A stretch of DNA of 64,000 bases, from contig JAANOX010000047.1 of NCBI GenBank assembly GCA_020184695.1, positions 310,001 to 374,000 of the forward strand. The letters run 5' to 3'. Below, piece after piece: positions 23,701 to 32,762 of the stretch (within the stretch, counting starts at the first letter, position 1; each line of letters begins with the position of its first letter). The DNA is from Histomonas meleagridis 2922-C6/04-290x (Eukaryota; Protista; Parabasalia). The translations under genes and the position numbers were made by a program. The notes beneath the pieces are model-generated. The model had not been told where the DNA came from. It saw nothing but the letters and a program-made list of their open reading frames with translations, and did no database searches.

Positions 23701-26340
23701 ATGATTTCCTTTATATATAGAAAGATCCGAAATATTAACATTTAAACTACTTAAATTATTATTTTTGTTTTTAACTTCGATAGTCTTTAAATCAATCATC
23801 AAATTTTCTTTAGGAATTTTCATTTCGAAAATTGTATTTGTAACTTGAACATTTAAATTTATATTTGATTTAACGTTATTTATTTGATTTTGATTTTGTA
23901 TTTGTTTTGGTTTAGGAATTGTTTTAATTATTGAGTCCATATATTTTAATAACCATTGTAATGTATCAAATAATAAAAATCCATGAATTTTATCAATATT
24001 AATCGTAATAGTTTGAGTATTATTTATTAAATCGAATGTTATATTAATTGGATTTTGTATTTCCATAAATAATTCATTAATATGATTAATTTTAATTGGC
24101 ATAATATTAGCATTTAAATTTAATTTTTCATCTTCATATGTAATTTTGGATATTATTGGTCCTAATGATATTTTCATTAATTTATCCGCAATTCCATCAT
24201 CTAAAATTATATTAATGTTTGGGATTTTAGCTGTTAAAAAGAGTTTATTCTTACCAAACACAAATATTTGTTTCGAATTCTTTTTCCGTTGAAATAATGA
24301 TAAACTTGTAATACTTTGTAATGCATTTAATAATGATACAATATTTGTTTGTACTAAATATAAAGAAAATGAATCTAATGAAAAATCAATTGTTATATCA
24401 GCGTTAATTTTTTGATCATAAAGTACTAATGATAAATCTGTTTTTAAGTTTTGACTTTCAAACATTACTATTTCATTAGTGAGTAAAAATTTTAATGAAA
24501 AATTGATCACGAAATTAATTGGTATCAATTGTACATTATCAGCAATTATTTTCGTTTGAGGTTTACTTAAATTAAAATCATAAAGAATGAAATCAATAGA
24601 ATCATTCTCTTGATTTGTAGTATAAGGAATTGTAATTCGAAACGAGGGAATATTTAAATTTAGTGAATAATTTTTAATGAGTTTTATCGGTTGAATCTTT
24701 TCACCAAAATCAAAATATGTTATTCGTAATTTCTCTGGTAAGAATTGGATACTTTGATCAGTAAATAGTTCTGTTAAATGAAATATAGTATCAAGATCAA
24801 CTATAATTTGTAATGGTGAAATTGTTAAATTAATTGTAGTCATATCAGGCGTAGAAGGAATTATACAATCGCCATTTAAAAATATTTCATTTTCGATATT
24901 AAGATGTTCGAACATTTCATTATTATTATTTTTGTTTGGAGATTTAATATAAAATTTTTCGATTTTTAGATTCGCTTTTGCACCTGTAGGTAAACTATCT
25001 AAAGTAGAAGTAAATTTACTTAACTTGCCTTTAATAATTGGTTCATTAATAGTATATTTCATTTCAAATTTGATCGAATCAATATTTAATGATCCATATA
25101 ATTGTTTCATGGAAAAAATAAATTCTTTTGCTTGACGGAAATTTTTTAATTCCGATAAATCGATATCGGTTAATGATCCGATTTCTTTTAACGCTTCTTC
25201 TTTAATACATATGGCTTCCGAATATTCTTGTAAAAATAAACTCGGTTCTTTGCCGATCTTGTTTTGAAAGGACGATAGGTTGTATTTGGGGGACCCTATT
25301 CGGTTTGTGGTGTTCTTTGAATTTCGAACTTTTTGAAAATATTTCAAATATTGAATTCGGTTTTTTAAAATGTTTAGAGCAAGTTTAGGCTTGAAGTTAA
25401 TGGGATGGTTTTGAACAAGTGCACATCGATGCATATATCTCCATACTTTCGAACAATTTTCAAAGCTTTTGGGCCGATTACAACTTGCATATCTCCGAGA
25501 ATTTTGAAGTTTTCGTACCATAGATGATAATGAAACTAAGGCACGACATTGGTGAAAATCTAAACCTAACTTAATTTTAGGAATATTGACAGATAATTGA
25601 TTTGTGTATTTATCTTGAGGATCATGTGAATGAATAAGAATAGTACTGATGTCAGTGGGACTTAAAAGGAATTGGTGTTCACCAGTGATCTGATCTTTCA
25701 TGGTTTGCTGGAATAAATCAATTGGAATTTGATCTGAAAATGTGTCAAAATATGCTGCAAGTCCTGTAATGGTAAGACCTTTATGAACTGATTTGGGATG
25801 TACGATACTTGTAATAACTTTATCATTCTCGTCAAGAGTTGATAAATTAATTTTTTTGATTACTAAGCCAATGGAGATTGTTGTTTCTTCTATTGGAATT
25901 TCAACGCAAATGTGGATGTTTTCGATATTAATTCTAACATTATCAATTATTGTTTCAAATATTCCTTGGATAAATGATTGCTTTTCTGCAACTGGAGATG
26001 TTTGTTCTTGTTCGACATGTAATGCATCCCTGCTTGCTTGCATGTCTTTCTTTAATAAAATTCTTCCGTCAAACTGAAGAACAACAAAAACATCTCTTAT
26101 TGTAATAATTGTTGGATTTTTGTTTAATTTTTTCCATGGGAATGAAACGTCTATGTATCCTATTGTTCCTTTCCGAACTATGAATGGGATAAGTTGTGAT
26201 GTTAAAGCAGTTGATTTTAATTCAATATTATTTAAAACTAATGATCCTTTAAAAATCTTGAGCTTCATTTGTTGTGTTGAAGCAGGTTCAAGGAATTCCT
26301 TTAAATAATGCATGATAATCTTAGAAACAATCCCTCCCAT
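17770..26340 (-). CDS. VPS13: VPS13-family lipid transfer protein
   Basis: 2856 aa. Chorein_N-like start (YLKEFLEP...LKIFKGSLVLNNIELK...GTIGYIDVSFPW). C-terminal VAB-like and ATG2_C/PH-like regions (PITIANQL, GVGVAGVLTK, RPMR). Confidence 0.88.
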   Translation of the reverse strand: MGGIVSKIIMHYLKEFLEPASTQQMKLKIFKGSLVLNNIELKSTALTSQLIPFIVRKGTIGYIDVSFPWKKLNKNPTIITIRDVFVVLQFDGRILLKKDMQASRDALHVEQEQTSPVAEKQSFIQGIFETIIDNVRINIENIHICVEIPIEETTISIGLVIKKINLSTLDENDKVITSIVHPKSVHKGLTITGLAAYFDTFSDQIPIDLFQQTMKDQITGEHQFLLSPTDISTILIHSHDPQDKYTNQLSVNIPKIKLGLDFHQCRALVSLSSMVRKLQNSRRYASCNRPKSFENCSKVWRYMHRCALVQNHPINFKPKLALNILKNRIQYLKYFQKVRNSKNTTNRIGSPKYNLSSFQNKIGKEPSLFLQEYSEAICIKEEALKEIGSLTDIDLSELKNFRQAKEFIFSMKQLYGSLNIDSIKFEMKYTINEPIIKGKLSKFTSTLDSLPTGAKANLKIEKFYIKSPNKNNNNEMFEHLNIENEIFLNGDCIIPSTPDMTTINLTISPLQIIVDLDTIFHLTELFTDQSIQFLPEKLRITYFDFGEKIQPIKLIKNYSLNLNIPSFRITIPYTTNQENDSIDFILYDFNLSKPQTKIIADNVQLIPINFVINFSLKFLLTNEIVMFESQNLKTDLSLVLYDQKINADITIDFSLDSFSLYLVQTNIVSLLNALQSITSLSLFQRKKNSKQIFVFGKNKLFLTAKIPNINIILDDGIADKLMKISLGPIISKITYEDEKLNLNANIMPIKINHINELFMEIQNPINITFDLINNTQTITINIDKIHGFLLFDTLQWLLKYMDSIIKTIPKPKQIQNQNQINNVKSNINLNVQVTNTIFEMKIPKENLMIDLKTIEVKNKNNNLSSLNVNISDLSIYKGNHFILKPFNLNIPINFPNPFDLQIDFVEVGIIPEDINPLFDYIPQILKFMVKLREMPFMPEKIQLYLKVKKVKLLILENIESYISQLSILNINLNLFLTRKSIKTNVDIDKIRGYYLDKLSFIKIPDKLHVEFNLLDNNIEVLTNLSKTNVKVKEELIYWALRFKFNTENLKGKDETDINKPSKTIKINLNLKPINITLLKKTKNLIKLFIDETTINLTKDEKIGIDLNSNGLTIKTDYIKQKVVKFEQLKFQLLKDRLFARIPKVIIYISIPYIFKVIKYIKNIIPKNNNLVQYNTILDETNNKQMKIPMINIDFLMEGMQINILPKQNDVKTHYLSINIPTIQLAFNSFYKLIALNIGSIIISTICHKRRPTIKISGIKLSLSFSDDNDINLVTFDYINSLPTNNNNNENNIIEKINLTFKVEQIQVLYTNLFASTIINCLVFDFNMLPKNNFNLPMKMIPINLEVQLNDFQIVMIMVEPIATFLLSEINLKYNFGDLDASISKVNVISKEGESMPIIKTLTNDNLIKIQFKNKELFCIFSEAQIYVDYQLLTSIVTFIMSSPLLELMKNDNTNTKQMIKQQSSFSSMNSLNSFSSLNSLESIEGLQITIIVRIPIINIIIPSSLNPEDNMNLNINFGCLLELSNRRTSIALENFNVFISNPITKQSFSPLISDFGFVATIRKTSKGLSITMNIIELIIKISVFDILLFKQIIESIQKTVELRTYTYEETNFKSKFQLEDIRITSEKIELILCEDNKSSKSLFIPIFRFIIPQINTIATLTQTVNTFMIELTPYLEFFNNITGSYDFIIETFPLLLILVLTEETTQINLQVQKDYNININLPIFAITRIKKIIKILKAQINFSQRYLRSSELPILSISNELESYILIKQKGVELKLLPTEILPIFNVNDSNLNMIEFKYKNLQFNFNPNSISYPTYITSYQNKNIIICVNKIPYKCGLLITLKSPVQIENLLSVPFDLYYKNEKENKLINLGTINPKKRFSLTLSPNVNNYYTIIPININSNNVQKYFYFTISYENDKIEIFQVPINKSYFNCIKVPYIDYLSGIKVFAIKSQFIIRNYLPYHIHIRSNDNEIPITIKSNGKNNLYFGNILNKDTFIMSLSYDGEHWASTSIKLKYEKPQRIEIFNNKSNTIDSIVCTIEKNNEEEEQFSIIIFSPCIIFNESSLFLIINKEILIKPFSNSNYCPKMIFNNNSESLKLNVVAKEISKETNEFIDCNKSGYSTLLLPSIQKNFFVPLTYNLNHSMSTVVITFFSSIKIINNLDINFKLIPTDKLPIFNEKELMNNVASNKFMGKKIGNSILCQSNTEILITTVTKKGYYYIKVKGFSTYPIISLFEPKKTVFRVQNSMKSILMELNVIKSETGYTIKFNPIEFPTPITIANQLDVQIFAFQFICFKPFEVLPNSTSLFAFDEPLAYPSMQILFDKCCYNISLVEDTQPIQMEQKYKNKFVYVQVKSNSIGNRMVIITYDPNHSYSLLSKFSLYLQIPRIFLSVIDQNMREFILITLNSINFDFIQRESGLSVKFNLKNLQMDDQISMNSILYGRNDSNDRPFISFQCICSPDTPLFTSFQFISLILQRIDININSNFIFELICVFNLLKKFNKMKIEPAKTKNFESISLININWFEVSPIFLVISFNKSNDRNSIYNNKMPSYFKYLKLISINSKKILIPGIFIAHLIDQIQSLIEKISDDYKTVAFNQMIQMLGASGVVLNAFNIPSIIATKYLNLTSLTSELSNEINDFTQTVAERYDNRKVLHGYFSVEIMKQLVHQLNQNNFYITPLVIGVLHNKNTGIQIKRVSGYSYGVGVAGVLTKSFIEKMESTQSMQNILQARPMRAYIENRINIYNNEVANSQLLISRNSNSNEQIKLIIKYLGNNNLICITNVNIYIVKSDVSVILDHALIKLMVGIKVEANTLTILFKERSPMILKIDRKYLDSVKLFLLSQNEMQRIFGRSIII

Positions 26341-26532
26341 TTGTTTGGCTGATTCTTTATTTCGGGTAAAGAATTTTCAATTGGTTTGAAATGGATTTTT
26401 TTGATGTAAAGTCAACGTTTTGGCAAAAATATCCAAGCCTTAAAAGCAAGCCAAAACCAAATTCTTTTCATGCATTCCATGATTATGGCATAAACCATTT
26501 TAGTTTTTGAAAAATTAAAAAAAAAAGAATGT

Positions 26533-26901
26533 TTATGCAAATTCAATCTTACGAACTTGTCTCTCTGGATACATATTTCCTTCATTGTTTACGTATATAT
26601 GTTCCCATAATATCTTAACTTTATCTCCTTTTTTAAGATTGTTGATAAATTCAAGGATTTGAGGATCTTGCTTATTATCTATTGCGTTTGGATTAATGTC
26701 AACATAAAACTTTTCTTGCTTTTCATCACCATATTCACTCTTTTTTTCGTAATTTATGTATTCATTAATTGTAAATACAGCAAGATCTTTTGCATGGTTA
26801 CAACGATCCGGGCATAAAGCCGTTCTGAACATGCAAGGGCGATGTTCAATGCCATCGAATGTTGCGGTAACATTGTGTATTGCTAATATTTCGAAAATCA
26901 T
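26533..26901 (-). CDS. Small Cys/His-motif protein of unknown function
   Basis: 122-aa ORF with C-x3-T-x2-CPDRC-x-H and YEKKSEYGDEK; divergent from the ProRS-like gene (154-bp gap). Confidence 0.65.
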   Translation of the reverse strand: MIFEILAIHNVTATFDGIEHRPCMFRTALCPDRCNHAKDLAVFTINEYINYEKKSEYGDEKQEKFYVDINPNAIDNKQDPQILEFINNLKKGDKVKILWEHIYVNNEGNMYPERQVRKIEFA

Positions 26902-27055
26902 TCAAAAATTTTGTAAAATTTCGGGTGCCCCAACGATACTGATCTCGATTGAAAATTGAATTCTGAAAATTTAAATTTTTTTTACAACGTTGTGAAAAAA
27001 GCTGTTGTAAACGTGGACGATACCATCGGCGTATCGGCTGTTTCTGGCCACTCGA

Positions 27056-28486
27056 ATGAATTTCGAAAAACAAGTTTTAAAGCAATCACAGGAACAACCA
27101 GCATATATAACGTCAGAGCATATGCTTCGCATGCAAAGAGCGTCAATGATTAGATATGAAAAATCAACATATTCTCTAAGCTTATTACCATTATTCTTTG
27201 CTTTTTCAGATGAGCTTATTAAAGAAACTGATGAATTCATGAAAAAACTTGCAGTGATTCAGAAGTGTTTTGTTCAAGCTCGAACAGACTTAGAATTGTC
27301 AACAGCAATTTCAGGTATGTGTAGAACTGTTCGATCCCTTCCTATATTACTTAAGAACCAACCAATTGTTTCTACTGCCAATCATCCAACACTTCTTCCA
27401 GCGCACACTTCATTTGATTTGGTATATCATTACTTTAGTGATTCATCAATTGATGTTGCAGATTTTTCCCAAAAACTTTCATCACTTTACTCTCAGGACT
27501 TTAAAGTAATTAAACATTTTGGCGGTGCATTCATTATTGATCCAACAATAAAGAAAGAATTAACAATTCAAAACAGTTGTAACTATACTCCTTATGACCC
27601 AAACATAGAAATCCCTCCTGTTTCAGAAGTTGCTACACCTGATTGTTCAACCATCGAAGATTTATCTAAATTCACTGGCAAATCTAAAACCGATTTGGTC
27701 AAAGCAGTCATGTATAAAGTTGATGGTCGTCTTGTTTTTGTTAATATCCGTGGTGATTTAGATGTTTCTGAAGAAAAATTACGTCATTTTCTAGGAATAT
27801 CTGGAACCAACATTGAAATTCAACTTGCTCCACCAGAGCTCCTTGAAAAGCATGGGCTTGTCCCCGGTTTCTCTGGTTTAATCGGCCTCAAGCGTGCAAG
27901 CGAGTGCACAATCATTGTTGACAACTCTGTGCAAACGGTCGCTGCCGGCGTAACGGGCGCCAACAAGAAGGACTTCCATTATATCAACTTCAATGTTGCA
28001 CGTGACACCAAAAAGATATCCAAATTCATTCGTTATGCTGATGTTGCAACAAATCCATCTGTTGTTGAAGGTGCAGTTGTTGCAGAGATCGAAGATTTAC
28101 ATGATTGTTATCCAGAAATGCTTGGATTAGATTCAAAGCGTACAAGAACGCCGCTTTACAAGATAACAGTTATGCTTGTTGATCTTTCAGCTTCGTTACT
28201 TGGAACACGACGTAAAATTAACGGATTTTATGTTGTTTTTTTGTTCAAAAGGGAGGAAGAAGAAAAACTTGAACGAACAATTGAAGAATTGAAGAAATAT
28301 GTTAATCCAATCTGCATCATCGTTGATAATCGAGCGAAATCAAATTTCGGTCAAAAGATGCAAACCGCAGTAATATCAATGCTCAAACATACGATTGTTA
28401 TATCATCAAAACTTGACAAGGACACAGTATCAGTTGATGACCAACCTGTTGCTATCAATGAATTGAAAACATTAACTGAAAATTAA
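27056..28486 (+). CDS. Prolyl-tRNA-synthetase-like protein: bacterial-type INS/YbaK editing domain + anticodon-binding domain, degenerate catalytic core
   Basis: TP..TIE.L..F...K......DG..V.V.IRGD..V.E.KL...LG...G...GF.G...GANKKDFH..NFNVARD matches the ProRS INS domain. IVDNRAKSNFGQKM resembles the HGTP anticodon domain. Class II motifs 2 and 3 are not recognisable. Confidence 0.7.
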   Translation: MNFEKQVLKQSQEQPAYITSEHMLRMQRASMIRYEKSTYSLSLLPLFFAFSDELIKETDEFMKKLAVIQKCFVQARTDLELSTAISGMCRTVRSLPILLKNQPIVSTANHPTLLPAHTSFDLVYHYFSDSSIDVADFSQKLSSLYSQDFKVIKHFGGAFIIDPTIKKELTIQNSCNYTPYDPNIEIPPVSEVATPDCSTIEDLSKFTGKSKTDLVKAVMYKVDGRLVFVNIRGDLDVSEEKLRHFLGISGTNIEIQLAPPELLEKHGLVPGFSGLIGLKRASECTIIVDNSVQTVAAGVTGANKKDFHYINFNVARDTKKISKFIRYADVATNPSVVEGAVVAEIEDLHDCYPEMLGLDSKRTRTPLYKITVMLVDLSASLLGTRRKINGFYVVFLFKREEEEKLERTIEELKKYVNPICIIVDNRAKSNFGQKMQTAVISMLKHTIVISSKLDKDTVSVDDQPVAINELKTLTEN

Positions 28487-29207
28487 TAAAAATAAAAATA
28501 AATGTGAAAAATTGAATTTTCATCAATGAAATATTTGATAAATTATAAATTCCAAATTCTAGTCATCAATAATTGATATTTTATTAAAAGTAATCTAAAT
28601 ACATAAGGAAAAATTTAAATATATATAAAAATATCTTTGATCAATTGTAGATTTCATTTATTATGTACTTTAAGGAATTAAAATATATTTCAGAATTTCA
28701 GAATTAATTAAGATGGGAAGAAACTATTAAGTAGGTAATTTTATATGTTTTATTCATTATAAAACGAAAGATGAAATATTTCATCAAATAAATTCAAAAA
28801 TTTCTCTAATTCTTATTCAACTTATATTTTAATTAAATATATAATTTATAATTGTAATAGCACAAGATTCAATCAACATGAACAAAGGTCACAATAAAAA
28901 AACTAATCCAAAGAATTGTAAAGAGAACTATCAATTACACCTTGTTATACTTATAAATTTTTTAGTTTTAGGAGGACAGAAGGACAAATATAAGTCTTTT
29001 TTGAGAAACTATTCAAGACCCAAGTACAAAACATTGTATCTAACATAACTTAAATGATATTTAATAATATTAGTATGCTAAGTTCCTTACAAATCCAGAT
29101 TCAACTCATTTATTTTATTGAACCATAAATTTTATGTCTTTTCAAAGAAATTCCGTTTAAGGACACAGAAATATTCAATACGTTTAGAATTTTGTGGTGG
29201 CGAAATA

Positions 29208-30848
29208 ATGGGTCAAGAAAGCAGCTCTCCTATACAGCTAACAAAAGTTTTAAATCAAAATGCAAGGTGCTTTTTTGAGTCTTTCCTGGAAGTTCAACAG
29301 TACATTCCTGAAAAAAAGAAAAAATCAAATAAGACATTAGTGAAAATCATATATGAATCATTGAAGAGAAACCCTTCGTCTACTGAAGACTTTGGACTAG
29401 CAGTAATAGGTAAAAAAATGGGACCTGTTTTCGTTAATTTTTATATACCTCATTTGATATTCCCAGAGACTCTCACCAAAATTTCATTACGAAAATGTTC
29501 ACTTAAAGGTACACATGTTAAGTATATTTCAAAACTCATATTAACACTTCCCAATCTTCAACAATTTGATTCAAGTGAAAATGATTTTGGAGATAAAAAC
29601 AAGGAACTTATTGATGCTGCTGTTGACCATCCATCACTCCAAGCTCTTATTCTTGAAAATACTAAAATTAACGATGCTTCAGTAGCATCATTAAATAATC
29701 TCATCCGAAACAACCGTAAGCTTGAATCCCTTCTTGTTGCTCCTCTAAAAGTAACCAAGAGCAATCTTAATCTTCTTACGAGTTCTCTTTTTTTGAATAA
29801 TTATCTCAAATGTGTCAGCTTCAAATCACAAGACAATGACCCTTCTATATCCATTGCTGCACGTAACTGCTTCATATCCGATCTTGTTGATTCTATTTCC
29901 CGCTATCCATTTCAGAGCAATTTCCGCGAAAAAGTTGAATCATTTAAATCTGTAAAAGGGCGTCAAATGGCCGTTGGCCGCCAAGAACAAAAAGAACGAA
30001 TTCGTGGCACTAAGTTGTTTGAAAGCATTGAGCTTGCTGACTTACGAGCTTCGACAATTGACAAACAAGAAACACGTCAAACAAGTGATACATTTCGTAG
30101 TGGCCAAGCAGAAATGATTGGCCGGCGCCCTAAAATGGAAGATGTTTCCATTGTTCTTAACGACACACCATCTATTGGGTCGATGCTTTTTGGCCTTTTT
30201 GATGGCCATGGAGGACGTGAAGCTTCGGAGTATGCATCGGAAAATCTTCCTTCACTTATCAGTGATAATATTCTTTCTGGTAAAACGCTTCGTGAATCTA
30301 TTGAAGAAGCTTTTACGCAATTACAAAACGACATGCGGCAATGGTGTATCTATGTTGGAACTACTGTTGCAATTGCTATAGTTGATGAACAATCACTCAG
30401 CGTTGCAAACCTCGGAGATACTCGTTGCGTTTTATGTCGTGATGGAAAAGCAGTTCGTTTGACAGTGGATCACAAGCCTGATTTACCTGATGAAATGGAA
30501 TACATACAATCGAAAGGAGGATTTGTTAAAGAGGGTCGACTCGGCGGATTATTGTCTGTGTCGCGAGCTTTAGGAGACGGATTATTAGGGGATGCTCTTA
30601 ATACAAAGCCGAGCTTTAGACAAGTAGAGATAACAGAAAATGATATGTTTATGATTTTGGCTTGTGATGGTGTGTGGGATGTGATTTCGGATCAAGAAGC
30701 GTGTGATATTGTAGCTGCTGAAATAGAACCATTGACGGCTGCTAAAAAATTGAGAGATATGGCATTCGAAAAAAATTCCTTAGATAACATTTCGGTGATT
30801 GTTGTGTTTTTGGCTGAGGCATTAGCAAATAAGGTACTTGAGGAATAA
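29208..30848 (+). CDS. LRR + PP2C (PPM) protein phosphatase
   Basis: GRRPKMED, FDGHGG, GTT, ANLGDTRCVL, DHKP, VSRALGD, ACDGVWD and DNISV motifs; RNI-like LRRs upstream. Likely start MGQESS at 29208 (Gly2), track start 29118. Confidence 0.92.
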   Translation: MGQESSSPIQLTKVLNQNARCFFESFLEVQQYIPEKKKKSNKTLVKIIYESLKRNPSSTEDFGLAVIGKKMGPVFVNFYIPHLIFPETLTKISLRKCSLKGTHVKYISKLILTLPNLQQFDSSENDFGDKNKELIDAAVDHPSLQALILENTKINDASVASLNNLIRNNRKLESLLVAPLKVTKSNLNLLTSSLFLNNYLKCVSFKSQDNDPSISIAARNCFISDLVDSISRYPFQSNFREKVESFKSVKGRQMAVGRQEQKERIRGTKLFESIELADLRASTIDKQETRQTSDTFRSGQAEMIGRRPKMEDVSIVLNDTPSIGSMLFGLFDGHGGREASEYASENLPSLISDNILSGKTLRESIEEAFTQLQNDMRQWCIYVGTTVAIAIVDEQSLSVANLGDTRCVLCRDGKAVRLTVDHKPDLPDEMEYIQSKGGFVKEGRLGGLLSVSRALGDGLLGDALNTKPSFRQVEITENDMFMILACDGVWDVISDQEACDIVAAEIEPLTAAKKLRDMAFEKNSLDNISVIVVFLAEALANKVLEE

Positions 30849-31489
30849 AATAAATTTCGATGTGCGATTGATAATGTAATTTCTTTTTTATCAATAAAAA
30901 AAAACTATACCTTAAATTATGATTTGAAAGAATTCATTTCCATTAGATAGCTTAAAGAAAATATTATAAAATTTTTGTTTTTCTGTTTTTTGATTTTCTG
31001 AGATTTATTCAAATGTTATAGCGGTTATCATTTAATTTCTATAAAATATTTTTCCACATTTGGATGGGAAATAAGCAGAGCAATGTAACTTGCAAACCTA
31101 AAAGCACTTCATCCAAGCACATAAAAATGCTCCAATCACTTGAGGAAATTATTTTTAATTTAGATGAGGAAAATATCTTTGAATCTGTTATATTAATATT
31201 GGAGCCATTCGGTACTACTAGATCGTGCTATCCTAAATTTACAATATGTGAAGTTATTTATTCAGTATATGTCTCACAGAATAAAGAATTAAATGTTTAT
31301 ATTGAATTCATGAAGATAATTGAAGCAAAAGAAGACGAACTAATTAACGCATTTGTAGATTTTCTTCTCGCTTTAGATTTCCAAGAGTCATATTTTCTAC
31401 TATTTAATATGGTTGAATTAGGTTTTGTTTCACCAAATACAGTAAAAAATAAGATATTAAAGAATGATTGGGACCTTCATATGAAATTA

Positions 31490-32762
31490 TAGGGTGGTCA
31501 AAAAGTTCGTTCGTCTAATTTTTTTCAGTCAATCCATAAATTTTTTTTCTCAAAGTTGTTTATTAATGAATGTATTCTCCATGTGTCTCGATTACTGCAA
31601 AGAGCCTATTCATCCATTCATTATATGCATTTTTAAATATTGATTTTGGTATTGAAGTTAATATTTCTTGGACTTTGTCAAAAAGCTCATTCTCGTTGCT
31701 GAATTCCATTCCCTCTAATAATTTCTTAAGGTAGCCGAATAGAAAGAAGTCAGAACAAGCTATATCCGGTGAATAAGGGGGATGATCAAGTTATCTAATT
31801 TTTAATTCTCTTGCTTTTTCTGGTACATTGTGCGGTTTTGCGTTGTCCATGTGTAGATATGTCCCTTTTGTTCGAATTTTTTTGTTCAACTTTTCGAGCA
31901 CACAATTGGATAAAAACTTTTTGTTGGACTTACTGCCTTGAGTAAGCATGGTGATTGATTTTATTCCATTGATTCCCCATATTACTGATATCATCGCTTT
32001 CTTTGACCCAATTGTTTGCCTTGGTTTTGTTGGTATTTGTGCACCGGCTTCCATCCACATTGAATCTCTTCCATTTTTAAAGTAGATCCATGTCTCATCT
32101 TGAGTGAATATTTTTGCAAGCTTCCTTTCCCATGCATTTGTAAGGAATTCCAGTAAGATGCTGGCAATTTCAACTCTTTTTGCTTTCATTTGTTCGGTAA
32201 GAGCATATGGCAGCCATTTAAAATTGACCTTTTTCATTGATAAATGCTTGATCAAAACCTTTTTGACAGTATTTTTGTTTTCCCCAATGTCTTTAGCAAT
32301 TTTGCGAGTGCTTGCGTATAAATTGTGCAACAAATAATTTTGAATAGGTATTAAATCTAGTTTTTGGGGTCTACCACTTCTTGGAAGATCATTTAACGTA
32401 TTTCTTCCTTCTTTGAATTCTTTTGTTCTCTTCTGAACTGTTCTGAGAGTTATCGCTTTAGGACCATATGTGTCGATTACTTCTTGATGTATGCTTTTGT
32501 TGTCATTGCCTTTTAGCCATAAATAATGAATTATGGCACGAATTTCTACCATACTGTCTAGCATTTGATTCTTAACGTACATTTTTAACGTACAATAAAA
32601 TTTTCTAAAGCGCATAATGCTAAATACATTGAATAAAACAAAAAACATTCAAATAAAAAAATATTCTATACACTTTATATAATCCATATTTATGTTATTA
32701 CATTCGATCACATAAGTATGTATAAAGAAAAGAGCTGGCGAACGAACTTTTTGACCACCCTA
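31490..32762 (-). mobile_element. Tc1/mariner DNA transposon, 24-bp perfect TIRs, TA target-site duplication
   Basis: TAGGGTGGTCAAAAAGTTCGTTCG (31490-31513) and its reverse complement (32739-32762), with flanking TA at 31488-31489 and 32763-32764. Removing the element plus one TA restores the host frame M-K-L-I-K-E-G. Confidence 0.95.
31563..32648 (-). pseudogene. Mariner transposase with one premature stop
   Basis: HTH region (LNDLPRSGRP), DETW, HMDNAKPH, TAA at 31793-31791, then in-frame LDHPPYSPDIACSDFFLFGYLK...GEYIH* ending at 31563. True start uncertain (MVEIRAII at 32552). Confidence 0.9.
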
